A stretch of 56,798 nt of DNA from Candidatus Omnitrophota bacterium (GTDB lineage: Bacteria; Omnitrophota; Gorgyraeia; 2-01-FULL-45-10). Below, piece after piece: positions 35,308 to 44,005 of the stretch (its first letter is position 1; each line of letters begins with the position of its first letter). The stretch covers positions 1 to 56,798 of the forward strand of contig JBAYMS010000006.1 of NCBI GenBank assembly GCA_041663425.1, written 5' to 3'. The notes below the pieces were generated by a model that was given only the letters and a program-made list of their open reading frames with translations, was not told where the DNA came from and did not search any database. Both the position numbers and the translations under genes were made by a program.

Positions 35308-35993
35308 TGAAAAAGATCACTTGTTTATTTTTATTGGCACTGGTTTTGTTTTCCTCTGCTAATGCACAAGCGTGCACTACTTACGCTCCGAAGTTATGGC
35401 TGAGCACCGATCCGAATAATTTTGCAGCAGGTGGTGTGGGGTATGTGGATTCTGCCTCTGGATGGCAAAATGAAAGTTACTGCACAAAAAATATGCCGTT
35501 CACAATGTATTTGTATAATGACGGCAACGCTTATGCTTACGATGTAGGATTGATAGTTGCTGTGCATAAAGGTGAAACCAGCGGAAGCATAACTATCGCT
35601 GACGCATACGGCAAAGAACAGACGTTTGATTATTCTGATTTCACGCTCACCAATCCATATAAAGGTGAAGACCACGATATAGATGGTGTTTATGCAGTTT
35701 TGAAGCCAAGTAAATATACATATTTATCGACAGATAGCACCGGCAATGAAGATATAACGAGTAAGGCTAAGAGCTGGACAACATTCACTGTCAAGAGCTC
35801 GTCGTTTTCGGAAGTTCATTTTGACGCTGTCGGTAAGTATGGATGTAAAAGTTACTACACCTCTCCTGCAAATGATGTTGATTGGTGTCAGGATGCAGGT
35901 CCTACGACTCCTGAGCCCGCTACGATGTCTTTAGTTGGATTGGGGTTGTGTGGATTGTTGAAGCTGAGAAATAGAAAAAAACGCAGTATTTAA
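35307..35993 (+). CDS. PEP-CTERM sorting-domain protein 2
   Basis: Signal peptide and C-terminal TPEPATMSLVGLGLCGLLKLRNRKKRSI (35907-35990). TAATG overlap with the preceding gene. Confidence 0.92.
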   Translation: MKKITCLFLLALVLFSSANAQACTTYAPKLWLSTDPNNFAAGGVGYVDSASGWQNESYCTKNMPFTMYLYNDGNAYAYDVGLIVAVHKGETSGSITIADAYGKEQTFDYSDFTLTNPYKGEDHDIDGVYAVLKPSKYTYLSTDSTGNEDITSKAKSWTTFTVKSSSFSEVHFDAVGKYGCKSYYTSPANDVDWCQDAGPTTPEPATMSLVGLGLCGLLKLRNRKKRSI

Positions 35994-36041
35994 ATTTTAG
36001 TTGTAATTTTAAAATTAAAAGAATGGAAGGAGGTGAAATAA

Positions 36042-36689
36042 TTGAAGAAGATAATCGTGTTAGTAGCTGCAGTGCTGATTATGTCAGCTGGCAGTGCGTT
36101 TGCAGTTCCTGTAATCGATGGAAGCATGGGTGTCGGAGAATGGACATCAGGATTGCTTATAAGCGCAGCGGATGTTAATGAATCTGGGATTCCAGATGCA
36201 TATGATATCAGCAGCCTAAAGATTCTATCGGCACGAAGCGGAGGAGCAAGCGATGGGTTGTATATGATGTGGGAGCTTTATGGAACCCCGACATTTGTAA
36301 CGTTGGATCCCATAAAAAAGATGCCCGTAGTATACTTAACCGCTTTAGACATGAACCAGGATGGGGATTACGAGGATGCGGATGATAGAATAATAGAATA
36401 CCGCGCAACTGGTTTGGTCATTACTGACGGAACCGGTGCAGTAGTTTCTGGATCAGCGTTTGCTGCCATGGGTTCGGTCGTAGAGTTCTATATTCCAACC
36501 GGGATGGTATCTAGCACACCAGACACTAGCTTTGCTGGTTTTATATTGCTAGATAATGGTGGTAACCCAGAGGATGATCAGCTTCCGGATGACGGAACAT
36601 TTAAAACGCCGGAACCTGGAAGCGTAGCGCTTCTTGGAATAGGCTTGATCGGGTTAGTCGGCAAGCTTAGAAGGAAGTTCACGGCATAG
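36042..36689 (+). CDS. PEP-CTERM sorting-domain protein 3
   Basis: TTG start 8 nt after AGGAGG. Signal peptide and C-terminal TPEPGSVALLGIGLIGLVGKLRRKFTA (36606-36686). N-terminal IDGSMGVGEW pattern. Confidence 0.9.
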   Translation: MKKIIVLVAAVLIMSAGSAFAVPVIDGSMGVGEWTSGLLISAADVNESGIPDAYDISSLKILSARSGGASDGLYMMWELYGTPTFVTLDPIKKMPVVYLTALDMNQDGDYEDADDRIIEYRATGLVITDGTGAVVSGSAFAAMGSVVEFYIPTGMVSSTPDTSFAGFILLDNGGNPEDDQLPDDGTFKTPEPGSVALLGIGLIGLVGKLRRKFTA

Positions 36690-36840
36690 TCTTTACCGTA
36701 TTTATACGGTAGAGGCTTTGCTTGAACCAGTAAGCATGCTTATGTGGGGCGAGCATAAAGCCTAAAGTTTTATGCTCCCTCACCGTAATTATTATATTTT
36801 ATTAAACTCGGGAGATGGATGGAGTGTAATGTTTTTGAAA

Positions 36841-36877
36841 GGGGTAAGTATAGCTTCGAGATATTTACCCCTTTTTT
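36841..36877 (+). terminator. Rho-independent terminator
   Basis: GGGGTAA (36841-36847) pairs with TTACCCC (36865-36871), followed by T6. Confidence 0.8.
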
Positions 36878-36916
36878 CTTTACAAACAGTTAATTCACTA
36901 TATAATATTAGGACAT

Positions 36917-37771
36917 ATGAAATATAATATTAAGACAAATTGGGTCAAAACTTTTGAACTGATCTTGCAAAATCGGATCGTTTTAGCCCCTTTTATAATT
37001 ATAGGACTTATAGAGTGCTTGGTTCTTGAGCTTGCCTATTTTTCTGCCAGGGCACCGCTTTCCGGATTATTCGGTCCTATCATAAAAAAATTCTTCGGTG
37101 AAGCGTATCTTCATTATCCTGCAAGTATTTCAATTCTTCCGAAGTTATTTTATTATGGCCAGACTTTTGTTTATGTATTCATCAGCGTATTCCTTGCCGC
37201 TGTAGCCGTCCAAATATTTGTAAATATTCGCGCAGGCCTTCCGGTGATAGTGAAAGCTATAGTGAAAAATACGGCCAAAAGATATCTCACTTTTGTCGGT
37301 TATGGCCTGATATATGTGACATTAATGGCGGTTTTGGAAAAAGCGGAGAGCGTTGTTTTCTTTAAAGGCATGAGATTTATATCGCGTCACATGTTTAAAA
37401 TATCTCCCGGGCTCTATTCGGCAGGGACGGTAAGCCTGTTATTCGTTACATTTGTTTTTATTCAGACTCTTTTCATATCAACGATACCTCTTATTATTCT
37501 TGATAAAAAATCACTTCTTAAAGCTATTGCAGGCAGTGTGGTGAAGAGCGTTATGAATTTCATAAAAGTATTTTGTCTGATACTTGTTCCGCTGTCTTTT
37601 TATCTTCCGTCTCTTATAATGAGTTCATTTCTGTCTCCCATAATGGACAAGACGTTTCCGGAAGTAGGATTCTATATAACACTTCTTACTATAGTTACGG
37701 CGGTATTTGTCGATTGCTTTATATTGATGGTCATGACCCAATTTTTGCTGGATACAAAAAAGGCTAAATGA
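36917..37771 (+). CDS. Polytopic membrane protein, unknown family
   Basis: 284 aa, about 6 TM helices, stop-free ORF whose end forms an ATGA overlap with the start of the downstream gene. Confidence 0.6.
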   Translation: MKYNIKTNWVKTFELILQNRIVLAPFIIIGLIECLVLELAYFSARAPLSGLFGPIIKKFFGEAYLHYPASISILPKLFYYGQTFVYVFISVFLAAVAVQIFVNIRAGLPVIVKAIVKNTAKRYLTFVGYGLIYVTLMAVLEKAESVVFFKGMRFISRHMFKISPGLYSAGTVSLLFVTFVFIQTLFISTIPLIILDKKSLLKAIAGSVVKSVMNFIKVFCLILVPLSFYLPSLIMSSFLSPIMDKTFPEVGFYITLLTIVTAVFVDCFILMVMTQFLLDTKKAK

Positions 37772-38622
37772 AAAAGATAATAGTAGCTTTAACGGTAATT
37801 CTTATAGCGGTATATGCGACCCTGGCATTTTTAGGTTCGGGTGGTGAGTATGCCTCAGAAAAGCTCCTCTATAAGATAATGAAGGGTGCGTCAGCCATCT
37901 CGCTAAATCCGGATGCTGCTCCGCCGGCTCAGCTTGCCGCCGTAGAGCGTGACCTCAAAACACTGATCAGTAAATATCCGGGCACAAGATCTGCCAAGAT
38001 CGCGCATATAGCCTTGATGGAATTTTACGTTGCTAATAAAAAATATAGTGAAGCTGCTGCCTTCGCAGCAACAATAGAAAAGACCTATGCCGCCGATGCC
38101 GAACTGCTGAGCACTGCCCAATTTTTACTCGGGACAGCTTACGAGAAGCAGGGGAGCTGGAGTAAGGCTTTGGCTGAATTTAAAATACTGGAAGAAAAAT
38201 ATCCACATACGCAGCTTGGAATGCAGATCCCTATATATATAGGAAAGTATTATGAGGCCAAGGGGAAGGATGCTGAGGCCAGGAGCGCTTATAAAGAAGC
38301 GGTTAATTTTTATAGCAATATGGAAAAAGAGTATTCAAATAAAGTTTTGGGGTATACCGCATCTGTCTTATTGATCCAGTCGTATCTGAACATGAATGAT
38401 TATGAAGCCGCTGGAAATATGGTGGACAAAACGCTGCACAAGTATGCGTCCAGGCTGTCATTTATGCAGCTTTTACCATATGTTGAAAATATATACATAA
38501 AAAAATTGAATCAGCCTGAAAAAGCAATCGAGCTCTATAAATATGTTATGGATAAAATAAAAGATCCTCGGATGATAAAGTTGCTTAACAAAAAAATCGA
38601 GGAAATAAAGGCTAAAAAGTAA
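37768..38622 (+). CDS. Membrane-anchored TPR-repeat protein
   Basis: N-terminal TM helix followed by TPR-like helical repeats (AQFLLGTAYEKQGSWSKALAEFKILEEKYP...). Confidence 0.7.
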   Translation: MKKIIVALTVILIAVYATLAFLGSGGEYASEKLLYKIMKGASAISLNPDAAPPAQLAAVERDLKTLISKYPGTRSAKIAHIALMEFYVANKKYSEAAAFAATIEKTYAADAELLSTAQFLLGTAYEKQGSWSKALAEFKILEEKYPHTQLGMQIPIYIGKYYEAKGKDAEARSAYKEAVNFYSNMEKEYSNKVLGYTASVLLIQSYLNMNDYEAAGNMVDKTLHKYASRLSFMQLLPYVENIYIKKLNQPEKAIELYKYVMDKIKDPRMIKLLNKKIEEIKAKK

Positions 38623-38675
38623 AAACATTAGTATTTAAAAAAGTTAGATAAAGGATTTGGCAAAAACATAATAAT

Positions 38676-38990
38676 ATGATAACATTAGACAAGCAAGATA
38701 AAGGTGTGAGGACTCGCAAGATTAGGGGTCGGGCGACGAAGTATAAGAAATTAGCGACAATGGGCGAGATCAGCAAAGGAATAATAAATGAATTATATAG
38801 CCCCATCGACGCAACCAATCGCTTCATAAACCTGGCTTTACAGTCAATAGGTGAAAATCCTCAGGGTAGGCAGTTTCTTCTGGAATCTAAAGAAGGAATA
38901 AGAAAAACATCGCTTCTTCTGAATAAGCTGAATAATTACGCAAAGAAGATGGAAGAAGAAATACGTAAGATGCCCGATACCAGCAAATAA
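38676..38990 (+). CDS. Stand-alone degenerate HisKA (DHp)-like protein lacking the phospho-acceptor His and any ATPase domain
   Basis: KLATMGEISKGIINELYSPIDATNRFINLAL aligns by eye to the kinase H-box pattern kLAslGelaagiAHEirNPL, with His replaced by Asn. The protein is only 104 aa. Confidence 0.55.
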   Translation: MITLDKQDKGVRTRKIRGRATKYKKLATMGEISKGIINELYSPIDATNRFINLALQSIGENPQGRQFLLESKEGIRKTSLLLNKLNNYAKKMEEEIRKMPDTSK

Positions 38991-39021
38991 GAATTTCAAC
39001 TTTATTTACCTGTGAGCGTAT

Positions 39022-40413
39022 ATGATAAAAACCGATATGACAAAATACCGGATCCTTGTTTTAAATAGCGATAAGTTGCTGCAGAAGTCTCTTTATGAGC
39101 TGCTGTCGCGTTCAGGCTATACAGTAGATATAACCGATTCAATAGACGAGTCTATCGCCTGTTTGGAAGAAAAATCCTACCACCTTGTGCTTACCGATAT
39201 CGACACCAATGAAGGTGTCGAGCTATTGAAGATAATAAAGGGCCAGTCATATCCTGCGGAAGTTCTTGTTTTGACGTCCTACGGCAATATTGATAATGCG
39301 CTGGATAGTGTGGAGATGGGCGCGTTTGATTATCTTGTAAAACCCGTCGAAGATGCAAAGGTTTTCTCTGCGATAGAAAAGGCTCTTGCAAACAAGGCGC
39401 CGGCAGAAGGCGAGCCGGTTATTCAGAAAATAAATCCTAAGGAAGAAACTTTCTACGGCCTTGTAGGTACGATGAAAGACATATATTCACTCATAGAAAG
39501 AATCTCAAATTCAAAAGCCACCATACTCCTGCGGGGCGAGAGCGGGACGGGTAAAAGGGTTATAGCTCGCGCAATACATCAGGCAGATAAGAAGCGCAGG
39601 GATAAGCCATTTATAGAAATGTCATGCGGTGCTCTTCCTCGAGAGATCATTGAAAGTGAGTTATTTGGTCATACGAAAGGCTCTTTCACTGGAGCTATAA
39701 ATGACCGTAAGGGCAGGTTTGAGCTTGCGCATGGCGGCACCATACTTCTTGATGATATAGATTCTTTCTCGCTCGACCTCCAAGTGAAGTTGTTAAGGGT
39801 GCTGCAGCAAAAAGAATTTGAAAGGGTGGGGGATCATAAAACGATGAAGGTAGATGTCCGTATAATCGCATCTACTAACCAGGACCTGGAGAAGATAGTC
39901 GCTGAAAAAAAGTTCAGGGAAGACCTTTATTATCGTCTCAATGTCATATCTATAAATATACCTCCCCTGAGAAAAAGGAAGCAGGATCTTGTGCTTTTGG
40001 TTAACCATTTTATAAATCTTTATGCTAAGGAAAATCATAAAAAGATGGATGGCGTATCCCAGGATGCTTTATCTTTGCTGACAAGCTATGATTGGCCGGG
40101 AAATATCCGAGAGCTCGAGAATATTATCGAGAGAGCGATAATACTCGATATAGATAACGTCATTAAGATGGACGACCTGCCGGAAATTATTACAAAGGCA
40201 GCAAGGCCTGCGGAGCCTGTTTTTGATGCTCAGAACCTGCAGGACACGTCCTCTCTCAGGGATGCGCTTAAAGACCCCGAGAAGGTTTATATATTAAAGA
40301 TACTAGAGGAAGTAGGCTGGAATAAAAAGAAAGCCGCCATAAAACTGGGCGTTAACAGAACGACTCTTTATAATAAATTACGTAAGTATAATCTTGTTCA
40401 GAATCAAAAATAA
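39022..40413 (+). CDS. Sigma-54-dependent transcriptional activator (receiver + AAA+ + Fis-type HTH; PrsR-like position in a PEP-CTERM locus)
   Basis: Walker A GESGTGK, GAFTGA-type loop GSFTGA, Walker B ILLDDI, WPGNIRELEN, C-terminal HTH NKKKAAIKLGVNRTTLYNKLRKY. The N-terminal receiver keeps Asp (LVLTDID), Thr and Lys, but reads LNSD where DD is expected. Confidence 0.93.
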   Translation: MIKTDMTKYRILVLNSDKLLQKSLYELLSRSGYTVDITDSIDESIACLEEKSYHLVLTDIDTNEGVELLKIIKGQSYPAEVLVLTSYGNIDNALDSVEMGAFDYLVKPVEDAKVFSAIEKALANKAPAEGEPVIQKINPKEETFYGLVGTMKDIYSLIERISNSKATILLRGESGTGKRVIARAIHQADKKRRDKPFIEMSCGALPREIIESELFGHTKGSFTGAINDRKGRFELAHGGTILLDDIDSFSLDLQVKLLRVLQQKEFERVGDHKTMKVDVRIIASTNQDLEKIVAEKKFREDLYYRLNVISINIPPLRKRKQDLVLLVNHFINLYAKENHKKMDGVSQDALSLLTSYDWPGNIRELENIIERAIILDIDNVIKMDDLPEIITKAARPAEPVFDAQNLQDTSSLRDALKDPEKVYILKILEEVGWNKKKAAIKLGVNRTTLYNKLRKYNLVQNQK

Positions 40414-40430
40414 AAGGCCTAATTTAATTA

Positions 40431-41477
40431 ATGTTATATAAGGATCTGAATCTTGCAGATCTAGTGAGCCTTGAAGATTGGCAGAAAATTCAGGATCAAT
40501 TCTCTGAGGCGCTGGAAGTAACGCTACGAACCGTATCCCCGGAAGGAAAATATCTCTCCGAAACGAGCCGGTCTAACCGGCTTTGCACTGAAATCCTTTC
40601 TAAAATAAATAATGAGCAGGAAAATTGCGGCAATTGCCTGATAGGCAAAGATGATACGCTGACAGCGCTTGATATAAAAAAGACAACAAGCTTTAAATGT
40701 TCGCTGGGGCTTGATGTTTTTGTTGTCCCGATAACGGCTGTTGGTAATAAAATCGTCGCTTATATAATATTGGGGCCTATAATCCTTAAGTCGCGAAAAT
40801 CAATATCCGAATATACTGAAGACGCGCAGAAAATTGGCATTAAATTAGAAGAGCTTATGGATGCTCTGATAGAGATCAATGTATTTTCCTACAATAAGAT
40901 CCAGACCATAATAAACCTCATCAAAGATACAACTTCATACATGGCTCAGACCGGGTATCATAAGAAACGGCTTGGAGAAATAGCGCCTGAAGTTGTGGAG
41001 CTGGATCCTATATTCTCCAGATATTATGAAGAAAAGATATTGAGTAGCCTTCTTGATTCCTGCACGCTTGCCTTAGGCGCGGATTCCGGTTCTGTCATGA
41101 CTATAGATAAGACCAACAGACTGCATATAAAAGTTGCCTCAAAACTCGATAAAAACATAGTGAAGCAGACGACCATGAGGATGGGGGAAGGCATAGCCGG
41201 CATAGCTGCTCAGACAGCCCAGGCTATAATCCTGCCAAAAGACGAAGATAAGAATAATCTGTCGCAAAAAATGAAAAGACGGGATATCCAATCTTCGATG
41301 ATCGTACCGTTTACTAAAGGGGATGCTCATGAGGTTTATGGGGTAATAAACCTTAATATAGCCAGAAAAGATGTGGATTTCTCCGAAAAGGATATATCTC
41401 TGGTAAAGGAGCTAGTTCATATGGCATCGATAGCGCTTTTCCCGCTGCATAAACAGATCGCTCCGGCCAAGCCCTAA
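40431..41477 (+). CDS. PocR-like sensory domain plus GAF domain protein
   Basis: N-terminal DWQKIQDQFSEALEVTLRTVSPEGKYLSE...C...C resembles a PocR sensor. The C-terminal GAF-like region reads LGADSGSVMTID...MGEGIAGIAAQTAQAIILP. No output domain. Confidence 0.65.
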   Translation: MLYKDLNLADLVSLEDWQKIQDQFSEALEVTLRTVSPEGKYLSETSRSNRLCTEILSKINNEQENCGNCLIGKDDTLTALDIKKTTSFKCSLGLDVFVVPITAVGNKIVAYIILGPIILKSRKSISEYTEDAQKIGIKLEELMDALIEINVFSYNKIQTIINLIKDTTSYMAQTGYHKKRLGEIAPEVVELDPIFSRYYEEKILSSLLDSCTLALGADSGSVMTIDKTNRLHIKVASKLDKNIVKQTTMRMGEGIAGIAAQTAQAIILPKDEDKNNLSQKMKRRDIQSSMIVPFTKGDAHEVYGVINLNIARKDVDFSEKDISLVKELVHMASIALFPLHKQIAPAKP

Positions 41478-41780
41478 AATTTATACTTAAAAAAACGCCT
41501 GCCAAAAAGTAATCAATATTAAGAATATTCCTGTAGCAATAAAAGATAATTAGTGGGTGCCAAGCCTTTATAAACAACTGCCATATATACCATACAAAAC
41601 CCTCCAAGTCAATGTCCTATAATATATCTTATGTTAACTAGGTATATGGGTGAATATTGATATAACTTATTGAATGCCAATGATTTGTATAAATATACAC
41701 ACTTCCTGTGGATAATCTTTATTTCTGCGTTACCTATTTGTTATAGACTTGTATATCTTATAATAAATTCATACCTGCCC

Positions 41781-41808
41781 TTGCATTTACTGATTCTTAT
41801 GATATAAT
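41781..41808 (+). promoter_or_regulatory. Candidate sigma-70 promoter with extended -10 (TTGCAT-N16-TGaTATAAT)
   Basis: -35 at 41781-41786 and -10 at 41803-41808 preceded by TG. It lies 30 nt upstream of the glgC ATG. Confidence 0.55.
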
Positions 41809-41838
41809 TATCTACATACTAACGAAAGGTTTGAAATC

Positions 41839-43092
41839 ATGAAAAGAGTTATAGCTTTAATTTTAGGCGGCGGCCAAGGTAAACGTCTTTTTCCATTAAC
41901 AATGTACAGGTCTAAACCAGCAGTTCCAATAGGCGGCAAATATCGCCTTATTGACATTCCTATAAGTAATTGCCTGCATTCAGGCCTTAAAAACATCTAT
42001 GTTTTAACGCAGTTTAATTCCGAGTCTCTTAATAACCACATTAATAACACCTATCGTTTTGATTACTTTTCAAGGGCATTTGTCCGCATATTGGCTGCTG
42101 AACAGACGGTAGATAATACAAACTGGTTTCAAGGCACGGCTGATGCGGTCAGGCGCAATCTGCTTCATCTCGAGCTTAAAGGCGATGAGGAAATATTAAT
42201 ACTCTCAGGTGATCATCTTTACGATATGGATTATCGCGAATTAGTTAACTATCACAGAGAGAAAAAAGCTGACTTTACAGTTTCTGCGATACCTGTTTTA
42301 GAAAAAGAAGTCCGTGAATTCGGTATTCTCAGAATGTCCGGTGATGGCAGAATTTTGAGTTTCAAAGAGAAGCCAAAGACTAAGCCTGAATTGAAAGGTT
42401 ATAAATTTGCCTCCCCCAAAGCCTTCTTCAACCAGTCTGCCGCAAGCAGCTATTATCTTGCATCCATGGGTGTTTATGTATTTAATGCGGGAGCTTTAAT
42501 GAAGGCGCTTGCCGGAAATGATACTGATTTTGGTAAGGAGGTTATCCCCCATTCTATAAAAACTTTAAAAGGGGTCGGGTATATATTTAATGGCTATTGG
42601 AAAGATGTTGGAACTATAAGGTCTTTCTATGATGTAAACATGGGCATAGCAACCTCTAAAGCACAATTCTCGTTTTTCTATAATGGATCAGTCTTTACCA
42701 GGCCTCGGTTTCTGCCTTCCGCAAGAATATTTAGCTCCAGGATCGATAACTCGCTTATAAGTGAAGGATCTGTTATCCAAGATGCATCTGTGAGTAACTC
42801 TATGGTCGGGTTGAGGTCTATTATAGGAAAAGGCTGCCGTGTTTCCCGTGCGGTGCTCATGGGCGCTGATTACTTTGAAAGCCCGGAATCTAAAGATCTT
42901 TTACCTATAGGAATCGGAGACGGAACTGTTGTAGACAAGGCTATAGTAGACAAAAACGCACGCATAGGTAAAAATGTTACGATAAGAAACTCCAAAGGAC
43001 TGAAGAATTTTGATGGTGAAAATTACTTTATAAGAGATGGAATAGTGATAATACCAAAGAATGCCAGAATAAAGTCCGGAACTACTATATAA
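41839..43092 (+). CDS. glgC: Glucose-1-phosphate adenylyltransferase
   Basis: LGGGQGKRLFPLT, SKPAVPIGGKYRLIDIPISNC, ILSGDHLY, and a C-terminal LbH domain. Confidence 0.93.
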   Translation: MKRVIALILGGGQGKRLFPLTMYRSKPAVPIGGKYRLIDIPISNCLHSGLKNIYVLTQFNSESLNNHINNTYRFDYFSRAFVRILAAEQTVDNTNWFQGTADAVRRNLLHLELKGDEEILILSGDHLYDMDYRELVNYHREKKADFTVSAIPVLEKEVREFGILRMSGDGRILSFKEKPKTKPELKGYKFASPKAFFNQSAASSYYLASMGVYVFNAGALMKALAGNDTDFGKEVIPHSIKTLKGVGYIFNGYWKDVGTIRSFYDVNMGIATSKAQFSFFYNGSVFTRPRFLPSARIFSSRIDNSLISEGSVIQDASVSNSMVGLRSIIGKGCRVSRAVLMGADYFESPESKDLLPIGIGDGTVVDKAIVDKNARIGKNVTIRNSKGLKNFDGENYFIRDGIVIIPKNARIKSGTTI

Positions 43093-44005
43093 TGGTTTGT
43101 TTGCAGTAAATCCCCTGATGGGTGCCTCGTTTTTTTAAGGTATCACCTATAAGGTTTATGGTTTCTATCTTATTTAATGCCCAGATAGGAGCTATGTGGT
43201 TTGATTTATCCCCCTCCCCCGTTAGCCTTTGTATGATTATATTAGGTGAAATATTTTCCAGGAAGTCGCATGCCAGTGCAACGTACTGAGCCTGTGACAT
43301 TACTTTTACATCCCCTTTTTTATATAGTTTTTCAATCGGACTTCCCTTGAGTATATGAAGAAGGTGGATTTTTACGGCGTTAACCTTAAGATTGCTGAGT
43401 GTTTGCGCTGTTTCGATCATATCCTTTTTTGTTTCGCCGGGAAGCCCGAGTATTACATGTGCGCATACGGGGATGTCGAATTCTCTTGATAGTTCCAAAG
43501 CCGCAAGAAAATCCTCAAAAGTATGGCCTCTGTTTATGCTCTCAAGCGTTTTGTTATGTATAGACTGCAGCCCGAACTCCAGCCAGACCTCATATTTATT
43601 TTTATATGAAGATATTAGTTTGATTTTATCCTTATCTACGGCATCGGGGCGTGTTCCTATTGTCAGGCCTACGATTTCATTGAAGTCTTTTATCTGGTCG
43701 TAAGTCTTTTTTAGCGTGTCTACCGGAGCGTATGTGCTTGTGAACGCCTGGAAATAAGCGATAAACTTGTCGGCCGATTTCATCTTTTTTAAATATGTGA
43801 TACGCGAGGCAAGTTGTGTTTTTATATCTTCGGCAGGCTTTGTATATGAAGATCTTGAGCCGTTGTCGTTACAGTAGAGACAGCCATTGTAGCCTTTGGT
43901 GCCGTCGCGATTAGGGCATGAAAATCCACCGTCCAGTCCTATGCGGTAAACTTTACCGCCGTACTTATCTTTAAGATACGAACTGTAGTCATTGTAAAGT
44001 TTCAT
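43085..44005 (-). CDS. TIGR01212-family radical SAM protein
   Basis: N-terminal [21 protein letters not shown] cluster typical of the TIGR01212/YhcC family. ATGA overlap with the mnmG stop. The 3-prime end overlaps the glgC end by 8 nt (convergent). Confidence 0.88.
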   Translation of the reverse strand: MKLYNDYSSYLKDKYGGKVYRIGLDGGFSCPNRDGTKGYNGCLYCNDNGSRSSYTKPAEDIKTQLASRITYLKKMKSADKFIAYFQAFTSTYAPVDTLKKTYDQIKDFNEIVGLTIGTRPDAVDKDKIKLISSYKNKYEVWLEFGLQSIHNKTLESINRGHTFEDFLAALELSREFDIPVCAHVILGLPGETKKDMIETAQTLSNLKVNAVKIHLLHILKGSPIEKLYKKGDVKVMSQAQYVALACDFLENISPNIIIQRLTGEGDKSNHIAPIWALNKIETINLIGDTLKKRGTHQGIYCKQTII

